Assembly (NCBI RefSeq): GCF_009914755.1
Contig: NC_060933.1
Origin: the human T2T-CHM13v2.0 reference genome, Homo sapiens
Reading direction: 5' to 3' (one strand)
DNA length: 64,000 nt
Positions 38,992 to 56,366 of this stretch are shown here, one piece after another. The notes under the pieces were generated by a model that made no database searches, was not told the origin of the DNA, and was given only the letters and a program-made list of their open reading frames with translations. The position numbers and the translations under genes were made by a program. How positions within the stretch are numbered: the stretch's first letter is position 1; every line of letters begins with the position of its first letter.

Positions 38992-40752
38992 TTAAAAAAT
39001 TCATAGAGAGGTGACTAGAAAAGATGTTTTAAAAGATTCCTTGAGGTCAATAATAATTTTTTAAAGGTTGATAAATGCCGCTGTAATTCTTTTGAGTGTT
39101 TCTTTCCCTTGCCTCAGGTAGTTTCATGCACTTTGTTACACACTGAAGGGCGACCCTCTCCAGATTTGCAAAGTTTTCTCCAATGCAGCTCTTTCCTCGC
39201 CGGTACTCTATCCTGCAATCTCTAGCCACCTTCGTGTACCTGAACTCTCAGCAACAGCTACTCCATTCAGAGACTTGCTAGGCTTCCTTAAGCTATCTAT
39301 CTCCATTGTCACTGCTGTCTCAAATTCTGTCAAGTTGTAAGCTGGGATACTCACAGCACACATCTTATGTTTCCTGTCTTTCAGGGATTACATTCCGTGC
39401 CTCATGTCCAGTGTACTGAAAACCATTGTTTCATATATTTTGTCTGGTTTGAGGTTGTTTCATGCAGGAGGGTTAGAGGGTAAATATGCTGCCTATTACT
39501 CCATCTTAGCCAGAAGTAAAATAAGAAAAAAAAATATATGTAAGTATAAACACACATACACATATATATATGTATGTATATAACACACATGAATCATATC
39601 CTAAAGATTTGGAACAAGAAGTAAATTTAGCTATCAATTATGTTTACTCACTGCAGATTAAGATGAACATTGTAGATTGGAGCATATTATGGGAGCAAGG
39701 CAACCTGTAGAATTGGTCAGGAACTAGACATCTCAGGACCTGCATTCTAACCCATTTTTGTCAGTAATTATCTGTGTAACGTTTTCTCAAAGCAGTGAAG
39801 GCCTTTGTGAATTTTGCAAAAATGGGGACAATTATATGTTTTACCTCATTGGCTTGCTTAAGGAGTTAAAATGTGATATGAGTCATACAAAGTGCTCATG
39901 CAGTCACAGAGGTTCTATTTTAAGGGCTTTCTTAAATTTTTAGGTACCATCACAAGCTAGCTAAGTTAGAAATTTTCATATCGCAAAATATAAAAGTTCA
40001 TCTTATCATTTTAGACATTTTTATTCACAGAGCAAATGCAACCATGTGAACCTCACATTTTAAAATATATAACGGCACAATAAAATGCAAAAATATAATT
40101 TTAGGTCATAATCAACCTATAGGCAATAAACTATGTTATCATTTTGTAAAAAAAAATACCACAGGAAGTAGTGCTTCAGTACATTTTCCCGACGATATGA
40201 TTAATCCATAATAAATTCTGCTACTACTCCTAGTAATGGCAACTTTATGTAACCTTCTTAAGGTTACATTTGCACTTAAGTATACCAACTTAAACCGTTA
40301 GTGGCTGTTCTGACAACACATCAGCAATGAACTTAGCCTGAGCTACATCCATTGGGAGTGATGTGAAGGAAGAGAAAAGCGTTGGACTCTATGATATTTA
40401 ATGTCTTTACCAATAGAAAAGCTCTGTAATTCTTAGAATTCAATTTTTTAATTAAAAAATTGGTTCTCTCTTTACACATAATTGCCAAAACAGTGTTTAC
40501 AAATACTTTCATCTTGCCCCAGATTGGCCAATGAGGTAGTAGGTTAAACAGCCAATTCATCATGTTTTGATTTAAAATGTGTCCATATCATTCTTCCCCA
40601 AATTCAAGTATATTTTAATAATCCATTTCTGTCACTTATATTATGGATTCAAGAATAAACTAAGCAAATGGATCATTTGTTTGCCTTCCAGTTATACATG
40701 AAGAAATTAATGTTTTATTAAAGAAAAAAGCCATCAAAATCAATTTTCCATC

Positions 40753-41378
40753 TGCACTCTTTTATTTGTTGCAATACTGTTTATAACAGCTAAGATTTGG
40801 AAACACCCTAAGTGTTCATCAACAGATGAATGAAGAAAATGTGGTTCACATACAAAATGGAGTACTCTTCAGCCATAAAAGAGAATGAGATCCTGTCACT
40901 TGCGACAGCATGGATGGAACTGGAGGTCATTATGTTAAGTGAAATAGGCCAGGCATAGAAAGACAAACATTGCCATGTTCTCATTTATTTGTGGGATCTA
41001 AAAACCAAAACAACGGAACTCATGGATATAGAGTAGAAGGATGGTTAGTAAAGGCTGAAAAAAGTAGTAGACAGCTGAGATAATGGTGGGGCAGAGGTGG
41101 GGATAGGTTAATGGGTACAAAAAAAGTAGAAAGAATGAGTAAAACTTACTATATGATAGCACAATAGGGTGACTATAGTCAATAAAAACTTAACTGCATA
41201 TTTTAAAATACAGAGTGTAATCAGGTTGTTTGTAACACAAAGGATAAATGTTGAGGGGATGGATACCCCATTCTCCATGATGTGCTTATTTCACAGTGCA
41301 TGCCTGTATCAAAACATTTCATGTACTCCATAAATATATGCACCTAGTATGTACACAAAAATTAAAAAATAAAAAAGA
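40753..41378 (+). mobile_element. L1MA-like 3' end
   Basis: atggatggaactggaggtcattatgttaagtgaaata through aaaattaaaaaataaaaa. Confidence 0.88.
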
Positions 41379-43321
41379 TTTCCCATCAAATATTCTTTCA
41401 GAGAAGATGTGAACAAAGATCCAGAATTATTGGTCAGTCTAGGCAAACAGAGTATCAAACAGCCTAATATGATTTTCTCCTCTGCTAAATAATACTGGGA
41501 AGGCAGGAAGGTGGGCTTCTCTATGGATTGAAGTTAAGAGAAAGAAGTGCCAGGAGTTCAGTCCACGCATGACAACTTACTAGTACTGCCTACTTGAAGA
41601 GATTAGCTCTTACAACCTTATCTTTGTCTCATCTATAAAACTGAGGGAGCAGGTTAAAAAAATCTTATATGTTAATACATGACTTATCCTACTCCATGTC
41701 TCTATTACAATGAAAGATCATACACAGTCTGGAAGAAAATGTTAAATTTACTGTGACTTTTCACAGTAATAGAGACAGAGTAACAGAGACACGGGGTAGA
41801 ATATGTCACGTATCAGTACTAACTACTATCAAAGTATGTTAAGTTTATGCCGTAATAATGACTTTTAGGAAACAATGAAGATTTACAGTGATTTCCTAAG
41901 GTGAATTTGGACAAAAATATTGAGATAATACCACTCACCAGTGTCACTATTTTACAGAGATAAGCCTTCAATGTCACATGAACCACTCTATTTTTAATAT
42001 TAGAATTCTGAAGTTTTTAAGCATCAGAATCTTCAGCTTTCTCAAATGAAGAATGGTAATTATATGCTATTTTCTTTTTTAATTTGAAGACAAAAGTTGG
42101 GAAATTATTATGCTTTTACTTTTATATTACAAAAGGGTGTTACTTGCAACTAGCATCTATATATCTAAATAACGTTTAGTGACTTAATTCTCTGCAACAG
42201 TAAAAAGTACTCAATTTAGATTTTAGTAAGTTGACTGTCAGATGGTTGCTCTCTGGCAGAAGTTTAAATATATATATTCATAGATATTTTTACATCTAGC
42301 AATCAGTAAATATTTATCTCTTTTTCTTGCACTTTGCATTTAATAATTTAAAAGGAAAAATTTAACAGATGATAAATATCAAACCAAAAAAGTCAACAAA
42401 TCTTAATAATCTCAAAATATACAAGGGCAAAGTGATACATAAACCAATACAGAATACATTTGTCTGCACATTTTTGCATAAATTTTAAAAAGCATATAAT
42501 TCTGTAATTTTAATTTTATAGAGCTTTCCCTAAAATATTTTTTATTTTATTTAAAAATGAGTTTATTTTCAAATAAGAAGATTAAGTCTAAAAATCAGTG
42601 CAAAAGATTGATGGTGATGATGTATCAATGCAATTTGATGCATCCGTTTCGCTGTCTTGCAAAAGGTGCAGTGACCAATGGGCTGTCTGTACTCTCAATA
42701 CAGATGTAGTATTCTGAGAAGAGATCATTTGTTAAGAGCGGATTTAAGACAGAGAGTGTATTCATTCTTTCAAAAATAACACATATGAGAAGATGGAAAT
42801 TCATTTACATAACAGTAACGCTGAATCAATATATTTTCAGCTTGCCCTGATGTGGAAGAAATATACCATCTCATTAGTCCTTGGTAGGCAGTTGGTATCT
42901 GGAATATGAAGAGCGTAGCATCATTGCTTTTATGTAATTGGTTTATTGAATCCAAATGGTGGTTCCATGCATTATCAAATAACCACTGCTTCAATATTAG
43001 TCCCTGGAACTGTCTCCATAAAGTTAATTCCAATCCTTTGCTGTCTTAGTGTGTATGTAAACCTTAATGAGACATGTTCCAGTTAACTGCACATATTCAA
43101 TTTTGGGTAATCTATGGGAATTTGGCCCCATGGTCATAAACCTTTGATCAGACTGGCAGATTTAATAAACATCATGTAAATGTTAACTTAACTTGGAGTG
43201 AACAGCCTTCAGTTTACATTCCAAAAGTGATTAGATGAAAGGATAATACACAATGATATTTATGCCTAGAGCAGTTCAAAATTTAGAAAAGGAATTAGTG
43301 ATCTTCAGTTAAGCTATTTTT

Positions 43322-43327
43322 TTTAAT
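43322..43327 (-). terminator. Candidate proximal polyadenylation signal ATTAAA
   Basis: tttaat on the + strand, about 1.1 kb past the stop. Confidence 0.5.
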
Positions 43328-44426
43328 AAATTGAAAAGATGTTCTGTACAACATAATAGAGTCATAGGAAATCAAAAGCATATCAGTAACAACTTTTAGA
43401 AAAAGAAATGAATGATAAAGAAAAACAGATATGACCTCTCAATATCTTGGGGAAGTAAGTTAGGATGATGTTTCATTCACGTCTTAATGATATAAATAAA
43501 GGATAACTCTGTGTAAGAAGTAGTGTTTGTATCTGGTGGTAAATTTAGTTAAAAACATAATCACAAGTTACAAAAACTGTAATTACAAATTACAAAGAAA
43601 AACAGGCAGACAATCTTGTATTGACATCCTCTTGCATCTTGTTACCTACCAATGTTCTGTTCCATTATAAAATTCAATACTAAAATTTCATAGCTAACAT
43701 TCAATATTAATTTCAACATTAAAATGTATCAAAATCATTAAAAACAGTCAATTAGAAAAAGCAATACACCAAAAATAATGGTAGTGTTTCCAGGCTTCAA
43801 CTGTGTTGTATTAACCATCACACAGGAGAATAAAAGGGCTGTGAATTTTAGATAGGCCACTTGGCTCTGGATTCCAGGACTATGGAAATGCCAGTGAAGG
43901 TAGTCCAAGAAGCATTTCTTGTTTTATAAATATCAGCAGAGGACCAAAAAAAGGGATCCCAGATATGTTTTCAAGTAACAAAAAACATTAAAGTGCAATT
44001 TTGTCTTTTACATCTGAACAAAAGTTCTGTCATTTTTAAAAAATAAAGTAGGGTCACAGCTTTATAGTCATTTTCTCATCTAAAACCCCACAATTATTAA
44101 CACAGATCAAACTGCAGTTTTGGAAGAGAGCCTTTGGACGGGGAAACTACTGAACAGTGATGAATGGCCATACCTAATTCATTGTTTGGAAATTGATGTG
44201 GAGGACTGTGTTTCACCGAGGGAGAAAGGGACCTCCCAGAGGCTCTGAGGCTGCAGATCTTCAGCCAGGTGACAGCACTGCACCTGCTGTGTGCACCCTG
44301 ATGGCAACAGCAGGGAAGTCCACAGTCACGATGATAGAGACAGCCACAGCTGCCAATCAGAAGACTCACTCTTTCTGGTTTTCATGGACTGCGTTTTGCA
44401 CATCGAGCTCACTGTTTAGAGCTGTC

Positions 44427-44865
<439 letters not shown>

Positions 44866-45307
44866 TCAATGTCAGAGTATAAATGGTGACTTTTGGTCCA
44901 ATCAGAGGCTTTGCAGACATCATTGCTTTTTAAGTTTGGTTAAAATAAACCAACCACCTATTATATTATAAATTGAAAACACCAAAACTCAGAAATGCTG
45001 AGGTCAAGTAATTTTATAACATTTAACATACTTCTGACGGACTATGACTTTTGGATATGGCTGTGTTAGGCTTTTTCCCTACAGGTATATGATGATTGGG
45101 TTTTAGATAATGCTTTCAGATTTAAAAGAATAGAGACATACATGTCTCTAAGACCGCGTACATCCTTCAGTTAACAAGTGGGAAATTTTAAATCATTTTA
45201 CAAGTATAGAGTGTTTGCATCATCATAGATCATTACATGTTATTGTTAGTACAATGAAATGGGTACATTTTAATGAAATTGTTTTCAAATACTTTTATGA
45301 TAATACA

Positions 45308-45604
45308 CTTTTCTTTTTTTTCTGAGACGGAGTCTTGCTCTGTCGCCCAGTCTGGAGTGCAGTGGTGCGATCTCGGCTCACTGCAAGCTCCGCCTCCCAG
45401 GTTCACGCCATTCTCCTGCCTCAGGCTCCTGAGTAGCTGGGACTACAGGCGCGCGCCACAGCGCCCGGCTAACTTTTTGCATTTTTAGTAGAGACGGGGT
45501 TTCACCGTGTTAGCTAGGATGGTCTCGATCTCCTGACCTCATGATCCGTCCGCCTCGGCCTCCCAAAGTGCTGGGATTACAGGCGTGAGCCAACGCGCGC
45601 GGCC
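45308..45604 (-). mobile_element. AluY
   Basis: TSD ataata(c/t)actttt. Confidence 0.95.
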
Positions 45605-45992
45605 GATAATATACTTTTCAAACGCAGTAGGGTCGCATATATGTAATCAATCCCTATTACCAAAAATATTGCAGGCATATTTATTCATTTTTTTTTTTAC
45701 CTGGAATGTGGATTATTTGAAAGACCTGGGCAAAATGTTTTAAAATATTGAAACCATTAGCAGTGTCCATGATTCTCGACTCTGGCTGCACACTAAGTCA
45801 GTAAATCAGAATAAATGAATGGAAGGCCTGGATACCAGTATCTTTATAAATTGTTTCAGGCTTTAATTCAGAGCCAGAGTGCTAAAGCATGAAGCCATGC
45901 CACAGAATGCTGTGTACTGAAGCAATCATATTAGTGACAAATGAAAGTAAAATCTACCCTAAAAGAAATAAATGTGTATAAAGACAAGCTTC

Positions 45993-46472
45993 TGAAGGTA
46001 ATCAGAATATGTCACCCCCAAATATGCCTTTTTGACAAATATTTTGAAGTAAAGGCAATTAAGAAGCAGCCAATGGAGGAAGAGCTCTCTAGATCCTCCC
46101 CTCTTTTCATCTAAAGACAGGATGTAAATTATCTTTTACCGGAGACCATTCTTACCAGCTCAGGGATGTCAGCAGAAGAATGTACAAACACACGTACTCC
46201 ACTAGTTTCTTCCCATATATTTATCTTCCCACGGTTTCTCGCCTTCGGACACCTAAAATTGCTTTCCATTGTCCTGTCATTTCTCCACAAATGTATTGTT
46301 GAAGATGAGCCAGACTTCTAAGCCACTGCGCTTTGAGTTTCACTGAGGTTTCTCCCACGTGCTGTGGACCGCATGCCTTAGTAAACTTGCTTGTTTTTCT
46401 CTTGTTAATCAGAGGTCTGTCCCAACTACAAAGTTAGGAATGATGAGGAGAAATTATATTTCCTCCCCCACG
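45993..46472 (+). mobile_element. MER34-like solo LTR
   Basis: tgaagg..cagaatatg.caccccc.aaatatgcc start, agtaaac signal and ttcctcccc end. Confidence 0.75.
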
Positions 46473-47219
46473 CTTTTACTGCCTACATCGTACATTTAAA
46501 GTACTTCACACAAATATTAATTTATATCTTCAGCCAGTCCCTATTAGAAAATGCAAATTGCCTTTGGGAAAGCCCAGGGGAAGCCTTCCACAGACTCCTT
46601 TTCATCCCCTCGTTCAGGCTAAGAATTTCTCAGCGGAAGAGAACACTGCTAAGATGTTTCCTTACGTTTACTCCGTCAATCTTGCCAGTGATATTTGACC
46701 ACCAGCAATATAATACAATTCCAAAGAGCTGGTTCTATGATCAACTTGCCCATTTCCTTCTCACCAAAAGCTGGGTACTAACCCTGACATTGTGTAAACG
46801 TCTGTAGGACTTGGAAACCTAGCGTGAAAATGTTCGGCATGTTGAAATTGCTTTTGCATTGCAATGAAAAAAATCTCCTAAAAAGGCATGATTGATTTAG
46901 GATTGGATTTGATTTAAAATTGAACACGAAAGTATACCTTTTAGATATGCATTATTGACCACAATCCCACTGGAAACTGTTTAAAACAGTTTTTGTTCAT
47001 CAGGTCATGTATTTTTAATTTACACCTTACTGATTTCTAAGAGAAAAAGAATTGAGATAGTGATGGAAATGTGAATATCCTCAACTGAAATTTAGTCAGA
47101 ACTTTATTATGTCAAAATTGTTTCCTGTCATTTTGAAGGAAACAAACACAACTAGTTTACTCTTGTATGTGCTATGGAGAGTCTGCAGAATAAGAATACA
47201 ATTAAGATTTCAATAACTC

Positions 47220-47502
47220 AGCCGGGCATGGTGGCTTATGCCTGTAATCCTAGCACTTTGGGAGGCCAAGGTAGGTGGATCATGAGGTCAGGAGATCGAG
47301 ACCATTCTGGCTAACACGGTGAAACCCCGTCTCTACTAAAAATATAAAAAATTAGCCGTGCGTGGTGGTGGGCACCTGTATCCCCAGCTACTTGGGCGGC
47401 TGAGGCAGGAGAATGGGAGGCGGAGCTTGCAGTGAGCCAAGATGGCGCCACTGCACTCCAGCCTTTGCGACGAGCGAGACTCCGTCTCAAACAAACAAAC
47501 AA
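47220..47502 (+). mobile_element. AluY with small deletion
   Basis: TSD aagatttcaataa. Confidence 0.93.
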
Positions 47503-47829
47503 AGATTTCAATAATTCACTCATTAATTAACAAGGAAAGTTGAATGCTTATTTTTTGCACCAGCTCTAAATAAATTATATTTTAGAAAAAAAGTTTTCAT
47601 TGCCAAAACATATTTTTAAGCTATGCTTAACTTCACTTTTCTTCAATTAAAAATAACCACAAAACATTCTTAGCCTATTAGATTAGTTCTTTCCAAAGTA
47701 TGATTAAAAGTGAAACATACAATGGCTACTGCTGCACAACATTGTAAATGTCCTTAATGACAGGGAATTATACACTTTAAAATAACAATACACTTTAAAT
47801 AATGTGTGCCTTTAAAACTTCTTAAATAA

Positions 47830-48117
47830 TCACGCCTGTAATCCCAGCACTTTGGGAGGCCGAGGCGGGTGGATCACGAGGTCAGGAGATCGAGACCATC
47901 CTGGCTAACAGGGTGAAACCCCGCCTCTACTAAAAATACAAAAAATAGCCGGGCGTGGTGGCGGGCGCCTGTAGTTTCAGCTACTCAGGAGGCTGCGGCA
48001 GGAGAATGGCGTGAACCCGGGAAGCGGAGCTTGCAGTAAGTCGAGATTGCTTCACTGCACTCCAGCCTGGGCGACACAGCGAGACTCCATCTCAAAAAAC
48101 AAACAAACAAACAAAAA
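47830..48117 (+). mobile_element. AluY, slightly 5'-truncated
   Basis: TSD aaaacttcttaaataa. Confidence 0.95.
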
Positions 48118-48443
48118 CTTCTTAAATAAGTGAAACACTGTCATGGGAGTATCTAAATCATACTATTTGTCATTGAAGAAAAGTACCATAAAGTGTATGC
48201 TCTGATAATTAGCTGAGGTTTCCATTGCTTTGAACATAATTACTTCAGGTCCGTCCAACAGTTGTCATTACCGTGACAAATATCCCGCATGTCCTAGGGA
48301 ATACAGCTATTTTCAAATTAATAACTTTTCATTATTAGCTTTGTAACTGTTCTTCAAAAAAAATTGTTTCAGCAGAATTCTTACATGCTGAGCACCCCCA
48401 GGGAAGCTGAAATCAGCAAATACTGCCTCAGAAAATCAACGAA

Positions 48444-48762
<319 letters not shown>

Positions 48763-48842
48763 CCACCACCAACCGCAATACATAGCACCCCTCTGACCTC
48801 ACCATTGAGTGTTGATGCTTACATATATTTCCCATTGTGCTA

Positions 48843-49016
<174 letters not shown>

Positions 49017-49059
49017 TTAATCACGCCACAATTTACACATAGCAAACTTTTGTCAATTA

Positions 49060-49525
<466 letters not shown>

Positions 49526-49530
<5 letters not shown>

Positions 49531-49590
49531 GTTCCTTCACTCCAGGAGAGGTCCCTCCGATCCCCTCGTTCCTTCACTCCAGGAGAGGTC
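49526..49590. repeat. Two-copy tandem repeat (28-bp identical core, 37-bp period)
   Basis: ccctcgttccttcactccaggagaggtc at 49526 and 49563. Confidence 0.9.
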
Positions 49591-50641
49591 ACCCTGAATC
49601 TTTACCTGTTTGGCAACTATTTCCATTGTCAGGGTTATGAAAGGCAGGTTTTTAACAGATTTGTTCAAGTGCAGATGGCTGGCTCTCTGCAAGTAACAGA
49701 GCTTCATAGGAAAGCAGTTACATGGCATAAATTTAAGAAATCCTCTGCCATTTAATTTTTACAATATAGCATTAAAATAAAATTTTAATGGCGCTCACAG
49801 CCAATAATCCGGAGGATTACAGAAAAGCGACTCTTGGAGATGAGGGCAGAGCTCTGGAAATCCTTCATACTATAGTTGCTATTTTGTATGATGACTTTCA
49901 TATTATCTTAATAAACTGTATCTTTTGTCATCAGATAATATCCCTCTTTATCTCATTTAAGATTCGATTATATTCCAATCTTAAATTCAATCTTATCTGA
50001 AAGTAGTGCTGCATTTCTTAAATTTATCAGCTGTTGCCTGCTAGTTCTTGGCATGCCCCTTCATTTTCAATATTCTAAGAGCATTTAACTGTTGTTTTTA
50101 AACCTAGTTTGACAGAATTTAGTCCATTTGTCTTTAGAGTAATAACCACTATATCTGATTTTATTTTTTATCTTACACTATTTATTTCACATTATTTCAT
50201 CTTTTTTTCTTTTATTTTGCTGCTTTAATCAGTTTCCTTCTTATTTCCTGCTTTCCCTTTTATGAGTTTGAGAGCTCAACTTCCCTAGCCCTCACAATCA
50301 AAATCATTCCTTCACACTGTTATATGAAAACAAGATCCTCTTTTTCCAACTTTCCCCCATTCCCAACAGTGAGATGAGCGATTGCATGGTTCTTTCTCCC
50401 CACCCTCCCTCCCACACCACCGCGGGGTTCCCCACAACAGTTCTTCCCTAAATGAGAGGCTTGGGAAATTTTTCTTTTTCTTCTCTCACTTTTCCCTTTT
50501 TACTCTTCTTTGGTTTTACTCTAGTACATTTAGATCCTGACCAGAATGACAATTTCTCTTACATTTCTATTTTTCTATGATGTTTCCAGTTCAAGGATCT
50601 TTACATAATTTATTTTTTCCAAGAAAGAACTTTGACATGAT

Positions 50642-51116
50642 GGACAAAGATTCTCCCTATGACCAGATGTTGGTCAGGCTACTCTAAGCTCTCTGCTCAA
50701 CCAGCCTGACCTTTGGTCTTTCATCGTCCAGCTTAGCAAGAATCCTGCCAATTTGCTTTTAACCCAAATCTCCCACCCTCAATATCTGATCACTCTCAAT
50801 ATCTAATCACCTTTCTCATCCCTCTCACCACCCCACAGGTGATGTCTGACAACACTGGCCTGGCATCACCAGGAAACCTGGTGAGTCAGTTTAGCAAGAA
50901 TTACTCTCCCATTTTGTAGTTTACCACTCAGACACCCCACCCCAGCCACTCTGCTCCTTGGCTACGAATCCACACTTCTCCTTGTTGTATTTGAAGTTGA
51001 GCTCAGTCTCTTTCCCCAACTGCAAAGCCCCATTCCAGTAATTCCTATACCTATTGCCATAGTCCTGAATAAAGTCTGCCACACGATCTTAACAAGAGTA
51101 TTTTTATCTTTTGACA
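50642..51116 (+). mobile_element. MER31-like solo LTR
   Basis: gacaaaga start, tagcaagaatcctg and atatctgatcac motifs, AATAAA, tttgaca end and TSD tgat. Confidence 0.75.
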
Positions 51117-51150
51117 TGATACAAGATGGTTTTACATTAAGTAACTGTAG

Positions 51151-51485
<335 letters not shown>

Positions 51486-52267
51486 AGACTTCTCTTTAAA
51501 ACCCTGAATAAAAACCTTGAGCAATTGTTTAATTTGGAGCTGATGAAACAGAGTAGAACTTTCTTACATCTTTAATAAATGACTTAATTAGAAAATGGTC
51601 ATATATACTTTGTTTAAGCTGGAAAATCTGAAAGAAAGGAGTTCCTTTGCCCACTCTGAAGTGTACCTGGCAATCACACCACAATCCAGGAAGAAACTCG
51701 TGATTCTGTACTCCCAGATTTTAGCCAGCACTACTATTTATTGTTTATCAGTTAACCAATATTCAGTAGAACTCAACTCTTAACTGTGGTGACATGTAGA
51801 TACAGTTTCCTGTCTATTACCTTGACATGGCAACATGGTCAAAACCCTTCACTTTTGCTACTCTTAGCTAAATAGCTCTAATCAAAAATGTATGGTGACC
51901 TGTCTGCCTCCCTTTCTGGGCTTTCTCAACTTCGGGGTCCTGCACCCAGCCCCCTTCCAATTCTCTATTCTGTTCCATCAAAGCCTGCTCCCGAGTAAAT
52001 TCATGTTTGCACAAATTCCTGGTCATGGCTTTTGATAACACTTTCAGGGGCATGTGTATTTTGGCAGAAGAGTCAAAAGAATGGATCTCTAATACAGAAT
52101 TTGAAATATTGGCACTTGACGTTGTGGGAAAAAAAATATTTGAGATAGGGTTGTCTTCCCAGCCCATTGAAGTCATGCCAAATAGACAGATGTCTATCCT
52201 TACAAAAGGGTGCCACTTGGTTGAACTAAAGGAAAAAACTACTAGATAAGTAAGTGGACAGTCTTCT

Positions 52268-52814
52268 ACACTGTGCAATATGGTAGACACTAGCCACATT
52301 TGACCATTGAGATTCAAATCAGGCCAGGCACGGTGGCTCATGCCTGTAATCCCAGCACTTTGGGAGGCCGAGGCAGGCGGATCATGAGGTCAGGAGATCA
52401 AGACCATCCTGGCTAACATGGTGAAACCCCGTCTCTACTAAAAATAAAAATAAAAAATAAAAAATAAAAAAAATTAGCCGGGCATGGTGGTGGGTGCCTG
52501 TAGTCTCAGCTACTTGGGAGGCTGAGGCAGGAGAATGGCGTGAACCCGGGAGGCAGAGCTTGCAGTGAGCCGAGTTCACGCCACTGTACTCCAGCCTGGA
52601 TGACAGAGTGAGACTCGATCTCAAAAAAAAAAAAAAAAAGAAACTCAAATCAATTAAAATGAAATAAAATGTAAAATTTAGTCCCTCAGTTATACTAGCC
52701 ACATTTCTAGTGCTTAAAAACTCATTTATCTCAAGTGTGTCTGGGGACTACCACATAGGACAGCACAGACTTTACACGTTTTCATCATCACAGAAAGTTC
52801 TATTGGACAGCATT
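52268..52814 (-). mobile_element. MER3-like hAT DNA element with nested AluY
   Basis: ctagccacat repeats and terminal catcacagaaagttctattggacagc. Confidence 0.8.
52322..52640 (+). mobile_element. AluY nested in MER3
   Basis: TSD tcaaatca. Confidence 0.95.
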
Positions 52815-53097
52815 AGTTTTGTTGACTTATACTTTCAAAGACCTCAAGACATCTGTGATGCCCACTGAATCCTGGTTAATGGACCAAGTTAGAACAATCT
52901 TAGAATTTTCTATCGAAGAGAATCTTGAAGATAACTTAGTGCAGCCTCCTCATTTTACCAATAAAGGACTAATTGATATAATCATTGCTCTTTCTTGGGA
53001 AAAAAACCCCACAAAATCTCCTATCTTCTTGACTTTTTATAGGGTTTTTGGGTGTTTTTATTCTGTAATGTTGAAAGAGGCAATCCACCATTGGCTC

Positions 53098-53524
53098 TGA
53101 GTGTCTCCTCATGCTTTGCTGGGTTTGCCAAGAAGTGCAAGATGCTGACAGCACTTTACTCAGGCCACTTCTCAAGGCTATAATTGAAGCAAGCAACATT
53201 GAGGGATAAGGTCATGACCCCCTCCAGGACAAAGAATAGACTTGCTTAGTGCTTGTTACAAAATCGGTGGATTCCCCAAACTCAGTGTTCCTCTGCTGCA
53301 GTGCAAACCTGGCCACAGGTGCAGCCTTCATCTGCACCCGTCACTGCCCCATAAGGCTTCAGGGCCAAGGGAAAACAATGCAAATGAACTGCTGCTCACG
53401 AGGCTTGCCGTGCCATGAGTAATAGGGTCCTTTGTCTCTGTACCAGGACAGCATCCACAAAACAGTTAAAAGCTGTTAACTTCCTAGCTTGTAAATCGGG
53501 TAAAATCAAATCCCAGACCCAACA
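53098..53524 (+). mobile_element. LTR (MER68/MER77-like)
   Basis: ctcagtgttcctc, gagtaata..gtcctttgtctctg and gggtaaaatc..cccagacc motifs. Tentative. Confidence 0.55.
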
Positions 53525-53909
53525 TAAAACATTTCTTCTAAATGAGACAAACACCATAGCATAGAAGTAATATAAAATACATAAGTTGATGAATTTTAAA
53601 TGTTAAAACTGTATGTCTTATGTGACATCTCCTTACAAAACTCAAAAGGCAATTTCCAGAAATATTTAATTACCAAAACTATTTGGCATTCTTACATACC
53701 TAGAGCTCTATTTGAAATATAGTCCTTCAGTGGGTTTTCTTTTCTTCAGCCTAGAATGTATACCTCCTAAGGTATATAAGCTCAGCTGTATTCATAGGCA
53801 ACTGTTTACAGGCTAATTTTTTTTACTTTTTGGGAGCAAAAAGGCATCTTCCATTTTTGCACTCTGTATTTTTGATATATATATGTAATTTTTAAGATAG
53901 TGTTTAAGG

Positions 53910-54275
<366 letters not shown>

Positions 54276-54666
54276 TTAATTTATGATGGATCATCTTTAC
54301 TGAATTATAAAGTATTTTAGGTGTTTGCATTCTTTAAAGCTACCTCTTGGATAAAATTCAAAGCTATATAGAAAATTCAGAATCTAAAAAGCTTATATTT
54401 AAATAGGTTTACTCTGAATTGATCTTGTGATAATCAATCTGAATGGTCTTCATTCACTAAGACTACTCAGAAATGGCAAAATCATATTGAGGTGCTCAGA
54501 AACAGCATCTTAATTATGATGGATTTTGGGCCATTTTTTTCTAAGGCATTGTTAGGGTGCATAATAATAAATTAGGCTGGATATGAGCATTATTTTATTA
54601 GAATTGCTCATATATTAGCCTATGTACCTATTAACATGTGAGTGTAGTGAGGGTGGGTAGGTATAG

Positions 54667-55030
<364 letters not shown>

Positions 55031-56273
55031 GCTCACCAAATATTTTTAAATGAAGGGATGAATCAAAGATTTACAGGGACTCAAGAGAAATATATTGGTA
55101 ACTTAGAACACAGTGTTTTGGGTAACTTTCTTTGTAAAATTAGTGGCTTCTCTATTAGCCAACTTGTTGGTCTATTTTACTATAAGTTAAGGAAAGCACT
55201 TCCTATATAATTCCAAATTTAAAGATAAAGTTGTAGTTTTGGTATAATTACTAAATGATGTGAGAGTGGCAAAAAATGTAGAGCAGAACCAATCCTAAAA
55301 TACAGTTTTTCAAAGTATAAAGTGTTTTATTAATGTTTGATGATTATCTCTACCTCCAAGGACAGGCAAAATGAATATTTATAATTTTCTGAGATCAATT
55401 GCTTCTGAGTATATACTTCGTTGCTGAATTTCAATGTAGATTTTTATACCGTAAGTTACATGCCTTTGAATATACCATCCTTGAATGAAAACATTAACAC
55501 CTTCAATTCCATGTTCTCCTTTATTTGGAAGGAAACAAAGATGTATATAATAAATATTATTCAACTTTTTGATCCTAATATTAAAGTATAGTTCATTTTC
55601 TTAATTGAGTTACATAAGATGGGTTTTTTTTAAAAAAGATTACTTTCCTCAGTTCCTTTATTAAATGTAAAGCTAACTGTGCTTTTACAACAGGTTATGA
55701 TAGACAATATGATAGACAATTACTGTAACTTTCTACCTTGCGTAACAGATATTTATGAATATGCCTCCCCATTCCTGTTAGATACTAAAGTCAAAAAGGA
55801 TGGAAGCAACAGGCAAAGCAGGGCTTGAGAGAGAAATAAAACTGTATTCATCTGCTGTAATAAGATTACCAGTTTTTTCTCTTGTGTTCAACTCAAATGT
55901 AGTTTTATCATTGAATGATGGTCTCCGGAGTTGATGTTGATTAATACATACATAATCTGTGAACTTCGTGTCAGCTTTGATAACATTTCACTTTTCAAGA
56001 AGGTTTAGAAAAATACCGTGATTCATTATGCATGATTGCCAAGTGAGAGGTTAAGTGTGGAGGTATTTTTCCAGGAACGCCCTTGCACATCTCACAGGCA
56101 GCACTTACTCATGATTATATGTACACTCAGGCAAGAGTACAGTTTGCACCTTGATTGTCACTCACTGTGAAATTATTATTCAAGTAAGACAAGGAGCTTC
56201 TTTCAGCATGATGAATGCTTCCAGAGTTTGTGACATGACACTTAGATTTTTTGGGAAAAAGCTCTTTCTCCTA

Positions 56274-56366
<93 letters not shown>

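Noticed and set aside
51868-52341. 157-aa - strand ORF in intron 21
   Set aside because: It starts inside an Alu, crosses MER3, and has no recognisable domain or splice context.
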